Positions 9,426 through 18,896 of a DNA stretch of 43,075 nt are shown one piece after another; within the stretch, counting starts at the first letter, position 1, and every line of letters begins with the position of its first letter. Origin of the DNA: Bdellovibrionales bacterium. Lineage in GTDB: Bacteria > Bdellovibrionota > Bdellovibrionia > Bdellovibrionales > UBA840. The notes beneath the pieces were generated by a model that saw only the letters and a list, made by a program, of their open reading frames with translations, was not told the DNA's origin and ran no database searches. The translations under genes and the position numbers were made by a program. The stretch is taken from positions 1 to 43,075 of the forward strand of contig JBBKWS010000120.1 in the NCBI GenBank assembly GCA_037969075.1, written 5' to 3'.

Positions 9426-10391
9426 ATGTATATCATCACTGGTGCCGCAGGCTTCATAGGAAGCGCAATGATCTGGGAGCTAAATGAAAAAGGCATCCAT
9501 GACATACTATGTGTCGATGACTTCGAATCTACAAACAAATGGAAGAATTTAGTTAAAAGAAGATTCAGTGAGTTTATCCCTAAAAATGAACTTTTTGTGT
9601 ACTTAGAAGATATGGACCCTAAAGACATAACTGCAGTTATACATTTTGGTGCCTGCTCATCTACCACTGAAAAAGATATGGATTTTTTATATTTCAATAA
9701 TTATATGTATTCTCAACAGTTAGCAAACTACTGTAGCGATAATGATATACCTTTCGTGTACGCATCAAGTGCTGCTACTTACGGCCTTGGTGAAAAAGGT
9801 TTCTCGGATGAGAGCTCTTCTTATGACCTCACTCCACTTAATCCATATGGTTACTCAAAAGTTTTATTTGATCGATGGATGGAAGACCAAAAGCTTTCAA
9901 CTAAATGGGCGGGTTTAAAATTCTTTAACGTTTATGGTCCGCAAGAATACCACAAAGGCGATATGACTAGCCTTGTTTACAAGGCATTCACTCAAATACA
10001 AGAGACCAGTTCTTTAAAACTATTTCGCTCGCAAGATCCAAAATACAAAGACGGTGAGCAAATGCGGGACTTTGTATACGTCAAAGATATCACAAGGTGG
10101 ACATGGCAGATTTTGCAAAAATGGCCAAAGTCAGGAATCTATAATATGGGTTTTGGAAAAGCACAGACATGGCTGCAACTTGCTGATGCTATCTTTGCAG
10201 CAGTTGGTAAAAAGACTCAAATTGAGTGGATTGATATGCCCGATTCTGTTGCCAAACAGTATCAGTACTTTACAGAAGCAAATATGAAAAAGTTAAGAAG
10301 CCAGGATATTGGCACTGCCGACTGGCCGATTGAAAAAGGCGTAGCTGATTATATTAAAAATTTCTTATTAAAGAATGAATCTTATTTATGA
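9426..10391 (+). CDS. hldD: ADP-L-glycero-D-manno-heptose 6-epimerase
   Basis: ITGAAGFIGS, HFGACSSTTE, YASSAATYG, PLNPYGYSK, FFNVYGPQEYHKG, YQYFTEA; SD GGAGG. Confidence 0.96.
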   Translation: MYIITGAAGFIGSAMIWELNEKGIHDILCVDDFESTNKWKNLVKRRFSEFIPKNELFVYLEDMDPKDITAVIHFGACSSTTEKDMDFLYFNNYMYSQQLANYCSDNDIPFVYASSAATYGLGEKGFSDESSSYDLTPLNPYGYSKVLFDRWMEDQKLSTKWAGLKFFNVYGPQEYHKGDMTSLVYKAFTQIQETSSLKLFRSQDPKYKDGEQMRDFVYVKDITRWTWQILQKWPKSGIYNMGFGKAQTWLQLADAIFAAVGKKTQIEWIDMPDSVAKQYQYFTEANMKKLRSQDIGTADWPIEKGVADYIKNFLLKNESYL

Positions 10392-12145
10392 CAACATTTA
10401 GTGAAATACCCAGCCATCTAAAGCAGTACATAGCCACGCAAAGTAGTGACGAGTACACGCCCGTACAACATGCGACCTGGAGATTTATTTTACGACAACT
10501 AAAAGTTTTTTTACAAGAACACGCTCACCCTTTTTACTTAGAAGGCATGAAAAAATCAGGCATTGAAGTAGAAAAAATACCCAGCATCAGTGAAATCAGC
10601 TCTAACCTTGCAGATTATGGCTGGCGTTGCGTACCAGTTAGCGGCTTTCTACCTCCAGCTGCTTTTATGGAATTGCAGGCAATGGGCTATCTTCCTATTG
10701 CTAAGGAGATCAGAGGTGTGCACCACATTCCTTACACTCCAGCACCAGATATTGTACATGAAGCTGCGGGACATGCCACATACCTTCCGCACCCTGACTT
10801 TGCAAATTACTTACATAACTACGCGCAAATCTCAAAAAAATGTATTATCAGCAGCGAAGATTTTTCTGTCTATCAGGCTATTCGTGAATTATCAGACGTA
10901 AAAGAAAACCCTGGATCTACTGAAGCTCAAATAGCAACTGTAAATAAAAATTTAGAAACTGCTATTGCCAATGTTACCTATGTTTCAGAGGCCACCAAGG
11001 TAAGCAGACTTTACTGGTGGACTGCTGAGTATGGATTAATTGGTAGTATAAAAAATCCTAAAATTTATGGAGCAGGAATATTATCTTCTATTAGCGAGAG
11101 TAAAAACTTTTTATCTGATAGTGTTAAAAAAATACCACTGTCTATTGAATGTATAGATTATGCATTTGATATCACCGAAGAGCAGCCGCAACTCTTTGTT
11201 GCCAAGAACTTTTCTCACTTAAATAAAGTCTTATCCGAAATGGGTTCCACCTTTAGTTTTAAAGTGGGCGGCGAAAAAGGCTTAAGTGAAGCTAAAAAAG
11301 CAAAAACTGTAAATACCATAGAGCTAAACTCTGGTCTTCAGATGTCAGGAAAACTTGTTGATTACAAAGTAAAGGATTTAAAGCCGTATTACATTCGCTT
11401 AGAGGGGCCTAGCCAGCTCTGTTTTGACGACAGACAGTTACCTGGGCACGGCAAAGACTATCATAAGGATGGATACTCTACGATTATAGATACCATTGTC
11501 GGTAATGACTCTTGCATATCCACTTTAGATATGAAGGGTCTACACGATTTGGGATTTCAATCAGGAAAAATCTGCGACATTCAATTTACTTCAGGTGTTT
11601 GTCTAAAAGGTATTCTCACCGAGATCTTTCAAAAAAATGGTAGAAATTTATTATTTACATTTAAAGACTGTACCGTCACTCAAGAAGATGAGGTATTGTT
11701 TAAGCCCGAATGGGGGACCTTTGATTTGGGAGTAGGAACGTTTGTTAATTCAGTTTTTGGTGGGCCCGCCGACCACGCCGCGTACGGGGAAACCGAAAAT
11801 TTTAAGGCTGTAGCTATTCCTACCCTAAAACCTACCGAAAAAGAAAAAAGATTATTTTTGCAATACAATAAGGTTGCAGATGTAAGAAGAGCTTTTTTGA
11901 CAAAAAAATTAAGTGTCCGGACCTTAGAAGAAAGATGCGAAGATCTTTATAAAGTTATTTCTCGGGATTTTTCTACAGACTGGCTTTTACAAGTTGAGCT
12001 GCTAGAGCTCTCTTACCAATTTTCTACTCCTCCAAAGTGGCAATCACAAATCACTACTAATTTAGCAAGTGCCGGCGAATTATATCCAGATTTAAAGTTA
12101 CATATCCTAAACAGCATTAAACTTGCACCCGAATTGGTTATATGA
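10388..12145 (+). CDS. phhA: Aromatic amino acid hydroxylase (phenylalanine 4-monooxygenase), long ~585-aa form
   Basis: YTPAPDIVHEAAGH iron-binding motif, LYWWTAEYGL, IYGAGILSSISE, QPQLFV, plus a C-terminal extension of about 290 aa. Confidence 0.92.
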   Translation: MTTFSEIPSHLKQYIATQSSDEYTPVQHATWRFILRQLKVFLQEHAHPFYLEGMKKSGIEVEKIPSISEISSNLADYGWRCVPVSGFLPPAAFMELQAMGYLPIAKEIRGVHHIPYTPAPDIVHEAAGHATYLPHPDFANYLHNYAQISKKCIISSEDFSVYQAIRELSDVKENPGSTEAQIATVNKNLETAIANVTYVSEATKVSRLYWWTAEYGLIGSIKNPKIYGAGILSSISESKNFLSDSVKKIPLSIECIDYAFDITEEQPQLFVAKNFSHLNKVLSEMGSTFSFKVGGEKGLSEAKKAKTVNTIELNSGLQMSGKLVDYKVKDLKPYYIRLEGPSQLCFDDRQLPGHGKDYHKDGYSTIIDTIVGNDSCISTLDMKGLHDLGFQSGKICDIQFTSGVCLKGILTEIFQKNGRNLLFTFKDCTVTQEDEVLFKPEWGTFDLGVGTFVNSVFGGPADHAAYGETENFKAVAIPTLKPTEKEKRLFLQYNKVADVRRAFLTKKLSVRTLEERCEDLYKVISRDFSTDWLLQVELLELSYQFSTPPKWQSQITTNLASAGELYPDLKLHILNSIKLAPELVI

Positions 12146-12915
12146 GTACAAAAGTTCATTTAGTTTTAGTTAAACCTATATATCCTAGCAACGTTGGCTT
12201 TTGCGCCAGAGCTTGCGGAAATATGGGAGCCGATAGTTTATTAGTTATTGCACCACAATGCGATATTCATCAACACGAAGCCCATCAGAGAGCCGCTGGG
12301 GCACAAGAGTCTCTCAAAAATACGATAATATATCCAACTTGGGAAGATTTTTACGCGGCTCATGGTGTTGGCCTAAGAATCGCATTCACTAGACGCGGTG
12401 GAAAAAATCGAGCCGTTCCACAGTTAACCGAATTACTTGATCACATGAAGACCAGTATCCCAAAAGAAACTTGGGAAGAAAATATTTATCTTTTTTTAGG
12501 ACCCGAAGATGATGGTTTAAGCGCCGCAGATTTAGAACTTTTAAACTTTCAAGCACAGCTCCCAGTTTATGGTAAAATGGGAAGTTTAAATTTAGGTCAT
12601 GCCGCACTGTTAGCCTTATATATTACACAAAATTTTCTAGAAAAACCCCTAGAGATGCACGGCTTTGACAATGCAATTTCTAAACCTAGTCAAAAAATTG
12701 AGTATAATGCCAATAGCGTAAAAGAGTGGTTACAGTTACTAGGACAAGACGTAAGCCATCCAACAAAAAGTATAGCGAGCACATTGAGTAATATGATTTT
12801 GCGGGCAGCTCCGAGTAGTCGCGAGTTAATAGTCTGGGAAAAAATTGTACAAAACAGCATTCGCTTATTAAAAAAAATACCCCCTGAGGATAAATGGCAA
12901 CGCAATTCGAAGTAG
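12142..12915 (+). CDS. SPOUT RNA methyltransferase, TrmJ/LasT family
   Basis: LVKPIYPSNVGFCARACGNMG, FLGPEDDGL, SLNLGHA. Confidence 0.88.
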   Translation: MSTKVHLVLVKPIYPSNVGFCARACGNMGADSLLVIAPQCDIHQHEAHQRAAGAQESLKNTIIYPTWEDFYAAHGVGLRIAFTRRGGKNRAVPQLTELLDHMKTSIPKETWEENIYLFLGPEDDGLSAADLELLNFQAQLPVYGKMGSLNLGHAALLALYITQNFLEKPLEMHGFDNAISKPSQKIEYNANSVKEWLQLLGQDVSHPTKSIASTLSNMILRAAPSSRELIVWEKIVQNSIRLLKKIPPEDKWQRNSK

Positions 12916-13610
12916 AAAGTATAGGCGTCGCCAAAACCTGCTTTCCTCAAAAATTTGGAATACCCAGACAAGCGGGCCTTGCCAAGGGTTGTTTAGGGAA
13001 AATTTTTTTTCAAGATCAAAACGATATAAGATCCATGCTTGATGGGATTAAAGATTTCAGCCATATCTGGTTAATTTGGTGGTTTGACCAAAACACCAAT
13101 CGCACAGTAAAATCAAAGGTTCATCCGCCTAAATTGGATGGTGAAAAAAAAGGAGTCTTAGCCACAAGAAGTCCACATCGCCCGAATCCAATTGGGTTAT
13201 CCGTAGTAAGGCTTTTGGAGTGTACCAATGAGTATCTGTTAGTAGATGGGATAGACCTTGCAGATCAAACACCTATTTTAGATATCAAACCCTACCTGCC
13301 CCATACTGACGCTGTCGCAGAGGCCACTGCCACATGGCCAATAGATAAAAACCAAAATAGACTTGATGTAAGTATCGATACGATCCTAGTAAATAAAATA
13401 AAGCAGTACGAAGAAGAGATTAAAAAAAGCTACAATCACCCGCTAAACCTTCAAGAGGCCATCAAAAGCATTTTGTCATTAGACCCAAGGCCCACTATTT
13501 ACAAAGAAAAGCCATATAAAGATGATTTCAAAATCGCTTTTTACAATTTTGATATTCAATTTGTAGTCACTAATAATGTTGTTATTGTTAAAGATTTACT
13601 TCCTAGATAG
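12894..13610 (+). CDS. tsaA: tRNA (N6-threonylcarbamoyladenosine37-N6)-methyltransferase TrmO/TsaA
   Basis: KFGIPRQ, FSHIWLIWWF, GVLATRSPHRPNPIGLS, TPILDIKPY, LDPRP. Confidence 0.95.
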   Translation: MATQFEVESIGVAKTCFPQKFGIPRQAGLAKGCLGKIFFQDQNDIRSMLDGIKDFSHIWLIWWFDQNTNRTVKSKVHPPKLDGEKKGVLATRSPHRPNPIGLSVVRLLECTNEYLLVDGIDLADQTPILDIKPYLPHTDAVAEATATWPIDKNQNRLDVSIDTILVNKIKQYEEEIKKSYNHPLNLQEAIKSILSLDPRPTIYKEKPYKDDFKIAFYNFDIQFVVTNNVVIVKDLLPR

Positions 13611-14750
13611 TTGAAACAATACATCTGTACCAATTTTTTTAGTAGAGATAATATTTAAATCAATTTTACTCTCTAGATCCCTTGATAGATACGAAGTCCA
13701 TAATTTTGAATCCTTTGTGCCCAGAACTATCGGCGCTTGAAACAAATAAATGTGATCAAAAGCCTCCTGCTCCAAAAAGCTAGAGTAGGTTACCGCCCCA
13801 CCCTCTACCATAAGATCATATATACCTAGCTTAGGTAAAATCTTTTTAAGCTGTTTTAGGTCTAACCCTGTGCTTTTACTCTCTAAGGCAAGGACAGTAA
13901 CTCCAGTTTTAGGATCACGAAAAATATTATCTTTCACTAGCTCTAATCCCTGCGTAGAGGTTGATGCACCAACAAAAATTATGTCTTCTGGATTTCGCAA
14001 CTTATATACATTTTTATTTTTTATTTGAGAAAGTAATTCTAGCTTTGCATTTAAAATTAACACTTTATTATGATGCTCCGGAAAGAGCTCATGTCTTACA
14101 TTTAAACTTGGGTCATCCTCAATAATTGTATTTTTTCCTACCAATATCGCCTGAAATCTAGAGCGCAAAAAGTGAACCTGCTCCCTAGCTTCTTTAGATG
14201 TAATCCACTGACTCTTTTGTTTGTTATCTGTAATTGCACCATCAAGACTAGACGCAACTTTTAAAGAGACAAAAGTTTCCTTGTGTAACAAGTGATGTTT
14301 GAACGTTAAAAGTAGGTCTTCAATTTCTTCAGACTTATAAGTGAATTGATGAGTACGTATATTATTTTTTTCTAGTAACTCGAGTCCCCTACCAGATACA
14401 TCAGGATTAGGATCTTTTATTCCATAGGTTAAGGATTCAATTGGCAGTGTTAACAAGAAATCTGCACATGCTGGCGTTTTTCTGTAGATAGAACAAGGCT
14501 CTAAACTAACGAATACATGTGCTCCTTCTAAGTTAGAAACAGCAATATCCTTTAGTGCGTTAACTTCAGCGTGTGGCCCACCAAAATACTCATGGTAACC
14601 ATAAGATAAAAGTTTATACGATTTATCAACAACCACACAGCCAACATGTGGGTTAGGACTGACTCTGTTAGAGCCTAAATAAGCCAACTGAATCGCAAGA
14701 TCCATTGCTTCTGTTTTTGATAAAAGACTTCCTAATTTTGGTATAGCCAT
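13596..14750 (-). CDS. ribD: Bifunctional riboflavin biosynthesis deaminase/reductase
   Basis: SPNPHVGCV, HAEVNAL, LEPC..TPAC, DPNP, KVASSLDG, SQWIT, DDPSLNVR, VEGG. Confidence 0.96.
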   Translation of the reverse strand: MAIPKLGSLLSKTEAMDLAIQLAYLGSNRVSPNPHVGCVVVDKSYKLLSYGYHEYFGGPHAEVNALKDIAVSNLEGAHVFVSLEPCSIYRKTPACADFLLTLPIESLTYGIKDPNPDVSGRGLELLEKNNIRTHQFTYKSEEIEDLLLTFKHHLLHKETFVSLKVASSLDGAITDNKQKSQWITSKEAREQVHFLRSRFQAILVGKNTIIEDDPSLNVRHELFPEHHNKVLILNAKLELLSQIKNKNVYKLRNPEDIIFVGASTSTQGLELVKDNIFRDPKTGVTVLALESKSTGLDLKQLKKILPKLGIYDLMVEGGAVTYSSFLEQEAFDHIYLFQAPIVLGTKDSKLWTSYLSRDLESKIDLNIISTKKIGTDVLFQLSRK

Positions 14751-14761
14751 AAAGCACTTAC

Positions 14762-14992
14762 TTACCTTACTCCCGTTACGGTCTCTAAGGTATTTACAGT
14801 AATTTTTAAAATTTTAGTATGAAAGTATAATATTAATGAGCGACCGGCGCATCCTAGAGCAGGAAATACCAGATCCAACAGCGGATTCGGTACTAGCTCA
14901 TCCCCGTGACCATCGTCTAGGCTAGTAATATCTACATACTTTACTGCTTTGGCTCTTACGGTATTTTCTGTATTGTCACTTAGTAAACTCAT
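14762..14992 (-). CDS. Small hypothetical protein (76 aa) directly upstream of ribD
   Basis: ATG at 14992 with a G7 SD-like tract upstream; stop lies 11 nt before the ribD start; no recognisable motif. Confidence 0.5.
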   Translation of the reverse strand: MSLLSDNTENTVRAKAVKYVDITSLDDGHGDELVPNPLLDLVFPALGCAGRSLILYFHTKILKITVNTLETVTGVR

Positions 14993-15123
14993 ATTTAATC
15001 CCCCCCTGTGCAAAAAAATTCCTTAAATATCAAGTGCTTACAACTTCTAACTTACTACGTTTGCTGAGGCAAGACATAGTATTCATAGCATTAGATTTAT
15101 TACTGCGATTTTATAATAACGAA

Positions 15124-15280
15124 TAATTGTACGTTAGAACGTAGCTTGGGTACAAAGGTATTGAATTTATCGCTTCAAAAATAGGAATTCCCCTCCATTC
15201 CGAAGCGTAAATATCAACTTGAGTTTTCTCAAGAATTCCCCCCCCTAATAGGCCGTTTCCCCAAACGGCCTGTTTTTTTT
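15124..15280 (+). ncRNA. Candidate small RNA with C-rich loops
   Basis: TATAAT at 15112-15117 upstream; hairpins at 15171-15207 and 15218-15233; C8 tract; intrinsic terminator; no long ORF; 5' end inferred. Confidence 0.5.
15250..15280 (+). terminator. Intrinsic terminator
   Basis: AGGCCGTTT-CCCC-AAACGGCCT perfect 9-bp stem followed by G and T8. Confidence 0.85.
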
Positions 15281-15287
15281 CTAAACC

Positions 15288-15315
15288 CTTAGTTTCCTTA
15301 ATAATTTACCGATAA
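15288..15315 (+). promoter_or_regulatory. Putative sigma-28 (FliA) promoter
   Basis: CTTAGTTT-N12-ACCGATAA versus consensus TAAAGTTT-N11-GCCGATAA, ending 9 nt before the ATG at 15325. Confidence 0.55.
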
Positions 15316-15324
15316 CACTAGTGC

Positions 15325-16425
15325 ATGCTATTAATTATATTTACTCTACATCTTTTTACATTTGCTGACTCTGTCGACAATATACAGAGCGGAAAATATA
15401 CTGATGAAGCAAAGTGTACTCTTTGTGGCGGTAGAATACTCTGTGGCGCACTCAGTGAAAGTGTACCACTAGAAGATTTTAATACTATAAACACTAAACC
15501 TATACTTAACTTTTGCTTTTTAAAAACCTCTGAATTAAAAGCCGCAAGCAGACAACATAAAGCTTGGGCCAGTGAAGAGTTATTGCGCTTTCAGAAAATC
15601 TCTGGTGTTGTTGAAAAAATTTCTACACAAAGTAGTCGTAGTAAATACACAAACGAAGTAGTGCCTACCCTCAAAGAAAAAATCACAGCCAGAGTAAATT
15701 ACAGATTAGAGAATGGGTTTAAACTTAGTGAGATGAAGGCCGCTTTAGGAAAAGATAATTACGCTAAGTGGGAGAGCGAAAACCTAATACTACCTCTATT
15801 ATCATTTGAATCTTATGCTCAGATAAAAGGAAGAGATAAAAATTCTTACTACGACTATGTCGAAACTCTTTTTGTTTCTAATACAGAGAATATTCAAATA
15901 GAATCTAATGCCTATGCATTTTATTACGAAGGTACAACCAACAACAATCGACTCGTGGCCAGTAAAGCCCCTGTTAGCACATTGACAAAAGAGGACCTTA
16001 AAAAGCCTTACGACTACTACAATTTAACTGACGTAGATTCATTTTTAGAAAAAATAAAACTATTACCGCAAGAATTTTGCGAAAAAAATGTATATAAAAA
16101 CATTAGACAAGCTAGCATGACGAGTCTTAATAAGTTAGTGGAAGAGTATGGCGGGGACACTAATTTTGATAAAGCATATTATTATAAACTTCTAAAAAAA
16201 GATTTTTTAGCTACCATTGATAGCGGTGATTGCAGCTCTAAAATGTCTTCTTTTTTGCAAACTAAAATTAGCGCGTTGCCAAACCCTGCATTATTGCAAA
16301 AGATACTGAAAATCGAAAGCCCACCTGCGGACAGAAAGCCAAGCTCTGAACAAATCGACAAGAGAAAACCCGTTTTTTGCGAATTTAACATTGATAATTA
16401 TCAAGACAGCTGCAATAGAAAATAA
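15325..16425 (+). CDS. Hypothetical, probably secreted protein (366 aa)
   Basis: Short hydrophobic N-terminus ending TFA-D; several cysteines; no recognised domain. Confidence 0.75.
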   Translation: MLLIIFTLHLFTFADSVDNIQSGKYTDEAKCTLCGGRILCGALSESVPLEDFNTINTKPILNFCFLKTSELKAASRQHKAWASEELLRFQKISGVVEKISTQSSRSKYTNEVVPTLKEKITARVNYRLENGFKLSEMKAALGKDNYAKWESENLILPLLSFESYAQIKGRDKNSYYDYVETLFVSNTENIQIESNAYAFYYEGTTNNNRLVASKAPVSTLTKEDLKKPYDYYNLTDVDSFLEKIKLLPQEFCEKNVYKNIRQASMTSLNKLVEEYGGDTNFDKAYYYKLLKKDFLATIDSGDCSSKMSSFLQTKISALPNPALLQKILKIESPPADRKPSSEQIDKRKPVFCEFNIDNYQDSCNRK

Positions 16426-16464
16426 GACTTCCTTAACGGAAAAAATCTTCGTATAATAAATCTT

Positions 16465-16821
16465 ATGAGTTTAAAAACAATGAAAAATCTAGAATATGCC
16501 GATGTGAATGATATTGACCCTGTAATTGCTAGTAGCTTACTTGCGAACAATACAATCACCTGGATTGATGTTAGAGGGCCCGATGAATATGTGGGCGAGT
16601 TGTCACATATTATCCCTAGCGCACTAATCCCGATGGATCAGGTGCCACAACATCTTGAAAAAATCCCTAAGACAGGTCATAAAATTTTTATTTGTCGCAG
16701 TGGCGCTAGGTCTGCAAAAACTTGTCAATATCTTCAAGGTATTGGCTACACAGACTGCTTTAACTTAGCTGGTGGCATGATCAAGTGGAACCAACTTCAG
16801 CTACCTACAGAAGGAAAATAA
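16465..16821 (+). CDS. Single-domain rhodanese-like sulfurtransferase
   Basis: IDVRGPDEY, HIIPSALIP, active loop CRSGARS, NLAGGMIKW. Confidence 0.92.
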   Translation: MSLKTMKNLEYADVNDIDPVIASSLLANNTITWIDVRGPDEYVGELSHIIPSALIPMDQVPQHLEKIPKTGHKIFICRSGARSAKTCQYLQGIGYTDCFNLAGGMIKWNQLQLPTEGK

Positions 16822-16822
16822 A

Positions 16823-18193
16823 ATGGCCGGAATTTACATAAACCGTACTATTAATTTTAAAAAATTAAAGTACTTTGGTTTCGACATGGATCACACACTT
16901 ATCCGATATAAAACCGAGAATTTCGAAAGGTTAGCACACCATATTGTTTTACAAAAAATGGTGAACCTTAAAGGCTATCCAACCGAAATTCTACAAATCC
17001 CCTTTGAATATGACCGTGTAATCCGTGGTCTTGTTGTAGATAAAAAGCGTGGAAATCTACTAAAGCTAAATATTCATGGTTATATCAGAGTTAGTTATCA
17101 TGGGACAAAGCTGATTGATTACAAAGAGCAGAAATCAATTTACAAAGGGGCACACTTAGATTTAAGTGACCCAAACTATAATAGCGTTGACACCTCTTTC
17201 TCGATTTCATTTGGAAATATGTTTGCCCATCTAGTGGATATGAAAGATGAGGGTAAACTTGAACTACCTACCTATGATGATATTTCTAGAGATATTTTAG
17301 ATTGCGTAGATGAATCCCATGCTGACGGTAGTTTAAAATCTGAAGTTAAGAAGAATTTAGATAATTATATTTTGATAGACCCCGAGTTGATTGCGAACTT
17401 AGAAAAATTTAAAAAACACGGGAAAAAATTATTCATCCTTACCAACTCTGAGTTTTATTATGCAAAGCTTCTTCTAGACTATGCCGTCACTCCCTTTTTA
17501 AAAGAGCATAAAGATTGGAAAGAACTTTTTGATTACGTAATTACTCACGCTGCCAAACCAAGATTCTTTTTTGATAAGTTGCCATTTTACCGCATATCAC
17601 CAGATACAGGCGCTATGTATAATTTGGATGGAAAGTTTGAGCCTGGGGTTTACCAAAGTGGCTGTGCAGAATACTTTACTAGTAAGCTTGGGGTAACGGG
17701 CGATGATATATTATACGTTGGGGATCATATTTATGGTGATATCGTCCGCCTTAAAAAAGACTGTGCCTGGCGCACAGCCTTAGTTATTGAAGAGCTCGAG
17801 GAAGAGGTTAATAAATTAACTGAAACAGCACCATACACAGAAAAAATACAAACACTTATGAAAGAAAAGGCTCCGCTAGAAACTGAGATTGTAACACTAG
17901 AAGATGTTGATCATCTTAGCGGTAAGAGTACTAATGAAAAACATATTGATGGGCTATATGGGCAAGTAACCCGTATTGACAAACAGATTAGCGAATTTAT
18001 TAGAAAGCATAACGCCACCTTTAACCCTTACTGGGGTGAGGTCATGCGATGTGGGAATGAAGAAAGTTACTTTGCTGGACAAGTAGCGAGATATGCCTGC
18101 GTTTACACTTCAACACTAAACGATATCCTAAGCTCTTCACCGCGCTCCTACTTTAGAAGCTACAGAAGAAAATTAGCTCATGAAATTATTTAG
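16823..18193 (+). CDS. HAD-IG family 5'-nucleotidase (cN-II/NT5C2-like)
   Basis: GFDMDHTLIRY, LTNS, AAKPRFF, YVGDHIYGDI, WRTALVIEEL. Confidence 0.93.
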   Translation: MAGIYINRTINFKKLKYFGFDMDHTLIRYKTENFERLAHHIVLQKMVNLKGYPTEILQIPFEYDRVIRGLVVDKKRGNLLKLNIHGYIRVSYHGTKLIDYKEQKSIYKGAHLDLSDPNYNSVDTSFSISFGNMFAHLVDMKDEGKLELPTYDDISRDILDCVDESHADGSLKSEVKKNLDNYILIDPELIANLEKFKKHGKKLFILTNSEFYYAKLLLDYAVTPFLKEHKDWKELFDYVITHAAKPRFFFDKLPFYRISPDTGAMYNLDGKFEPGVYQSGCAEYFTSKLGVTGDDILYVGDHIYGDIVRLKKDCAWRTALVIEELEEEVNKLTETAPYTEKIQTLMKEKAPLETEIVTLEDVDHLSGKSTNEKHIDGLYGQVTRIDKQISEFIRKHNATFNPYWGEVMRCGNEESYFAGQVARYACVYTSTLNDILSSSPRSYFRSYRRKLAHEII

Positions 18194-18896
18194 TATGATA
18201 AATAATATAGTGCCGTAGATCGATTTGATCTATGGCACCGATAGGCTTGGTTAAATCCATCTTGTGTCTTTGTCGATATATATTTTTTTCTATCCACAGT
18301 CGAAAACAATCTAGATCCGCAATTGATTGTAATAAAAATGCGTCTTTGCGACTAGGGCACTTGATGTTACTTGGTCCATCTGAAGAAACTGGCGTGATTA
18401 TAAAACTATACTGCTGATATTCACCATTTTCATCTTCTATGTTTAAATCAATATTAGACGTAGAGTCTTGCTTTTCACGCAACACAACATAAGTTGGCGC
18501 TACTGAGGACTCTAGCTCACTAGTTTCTTCTGTCAATGGCTTCCCGATAAATGTCATACCAGCTTTTAATTCATCCCCCCATGTGGGAACGAAAGATGTT
18601 AGAATATACTCTCTTTGATCATTCTCTTGCCCTGCAAGTAAAAAACCTAATACAAAATCTTTCTCTGCAGAAAAATCACTTATGCTAAATACTAGAATCG
18701 CCTTCTCAGGAAGCTTAGCCAACAATAACTTATATGCATTTTTACCAAACTCATTTTGAGAACTAATTATGGATGGTTTTAATATGGGACTAGGCTTAGG
18801 CTCCAAAAAACTGTGGGCCATAAATGCAATGCCAGCAAGTAAGCAAATAACACCAAGGGCTAGACGAATGCGGCGGACTTTTTTAGTAGATGGCAT
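18186..18896 (-). CDS. Hypothetical protein with an N-terminal membrane anchor
   Basis: 236-aa ORF; basic N-terminus followed by one hydrophobic helix. Confidence 0.7.
   Translation of the reverse strand: MPSTKKVRRIRLALGVICLLAGIAFMAHSFLEPKPSPILKPSIISSQNEFGKNAYKLLLAKLPEKAILVFSISDFSAEKDFVLGFLLAGQENDQREYILTSFVPTWGDELKAGMTFIGKPLTEETSELESSVAPTYVVLREKQDSTSNIDLNIEDENGEYQQYSFIITPVSSDGPSNIKCPSRKDAFLLQSIADLDCFRLWIEKNIYRQRHKMDLTKPIGAIDQIDLRHYIIYHTK

Noticed and set aside
14750..15280. FMN riboswitch upstream of ribD
   Set aside because: None of the conserved RFN segments (e.g. AGGGCGGGGYGAAATTCCC, AGTCCGGATG) is visible on the minus strand
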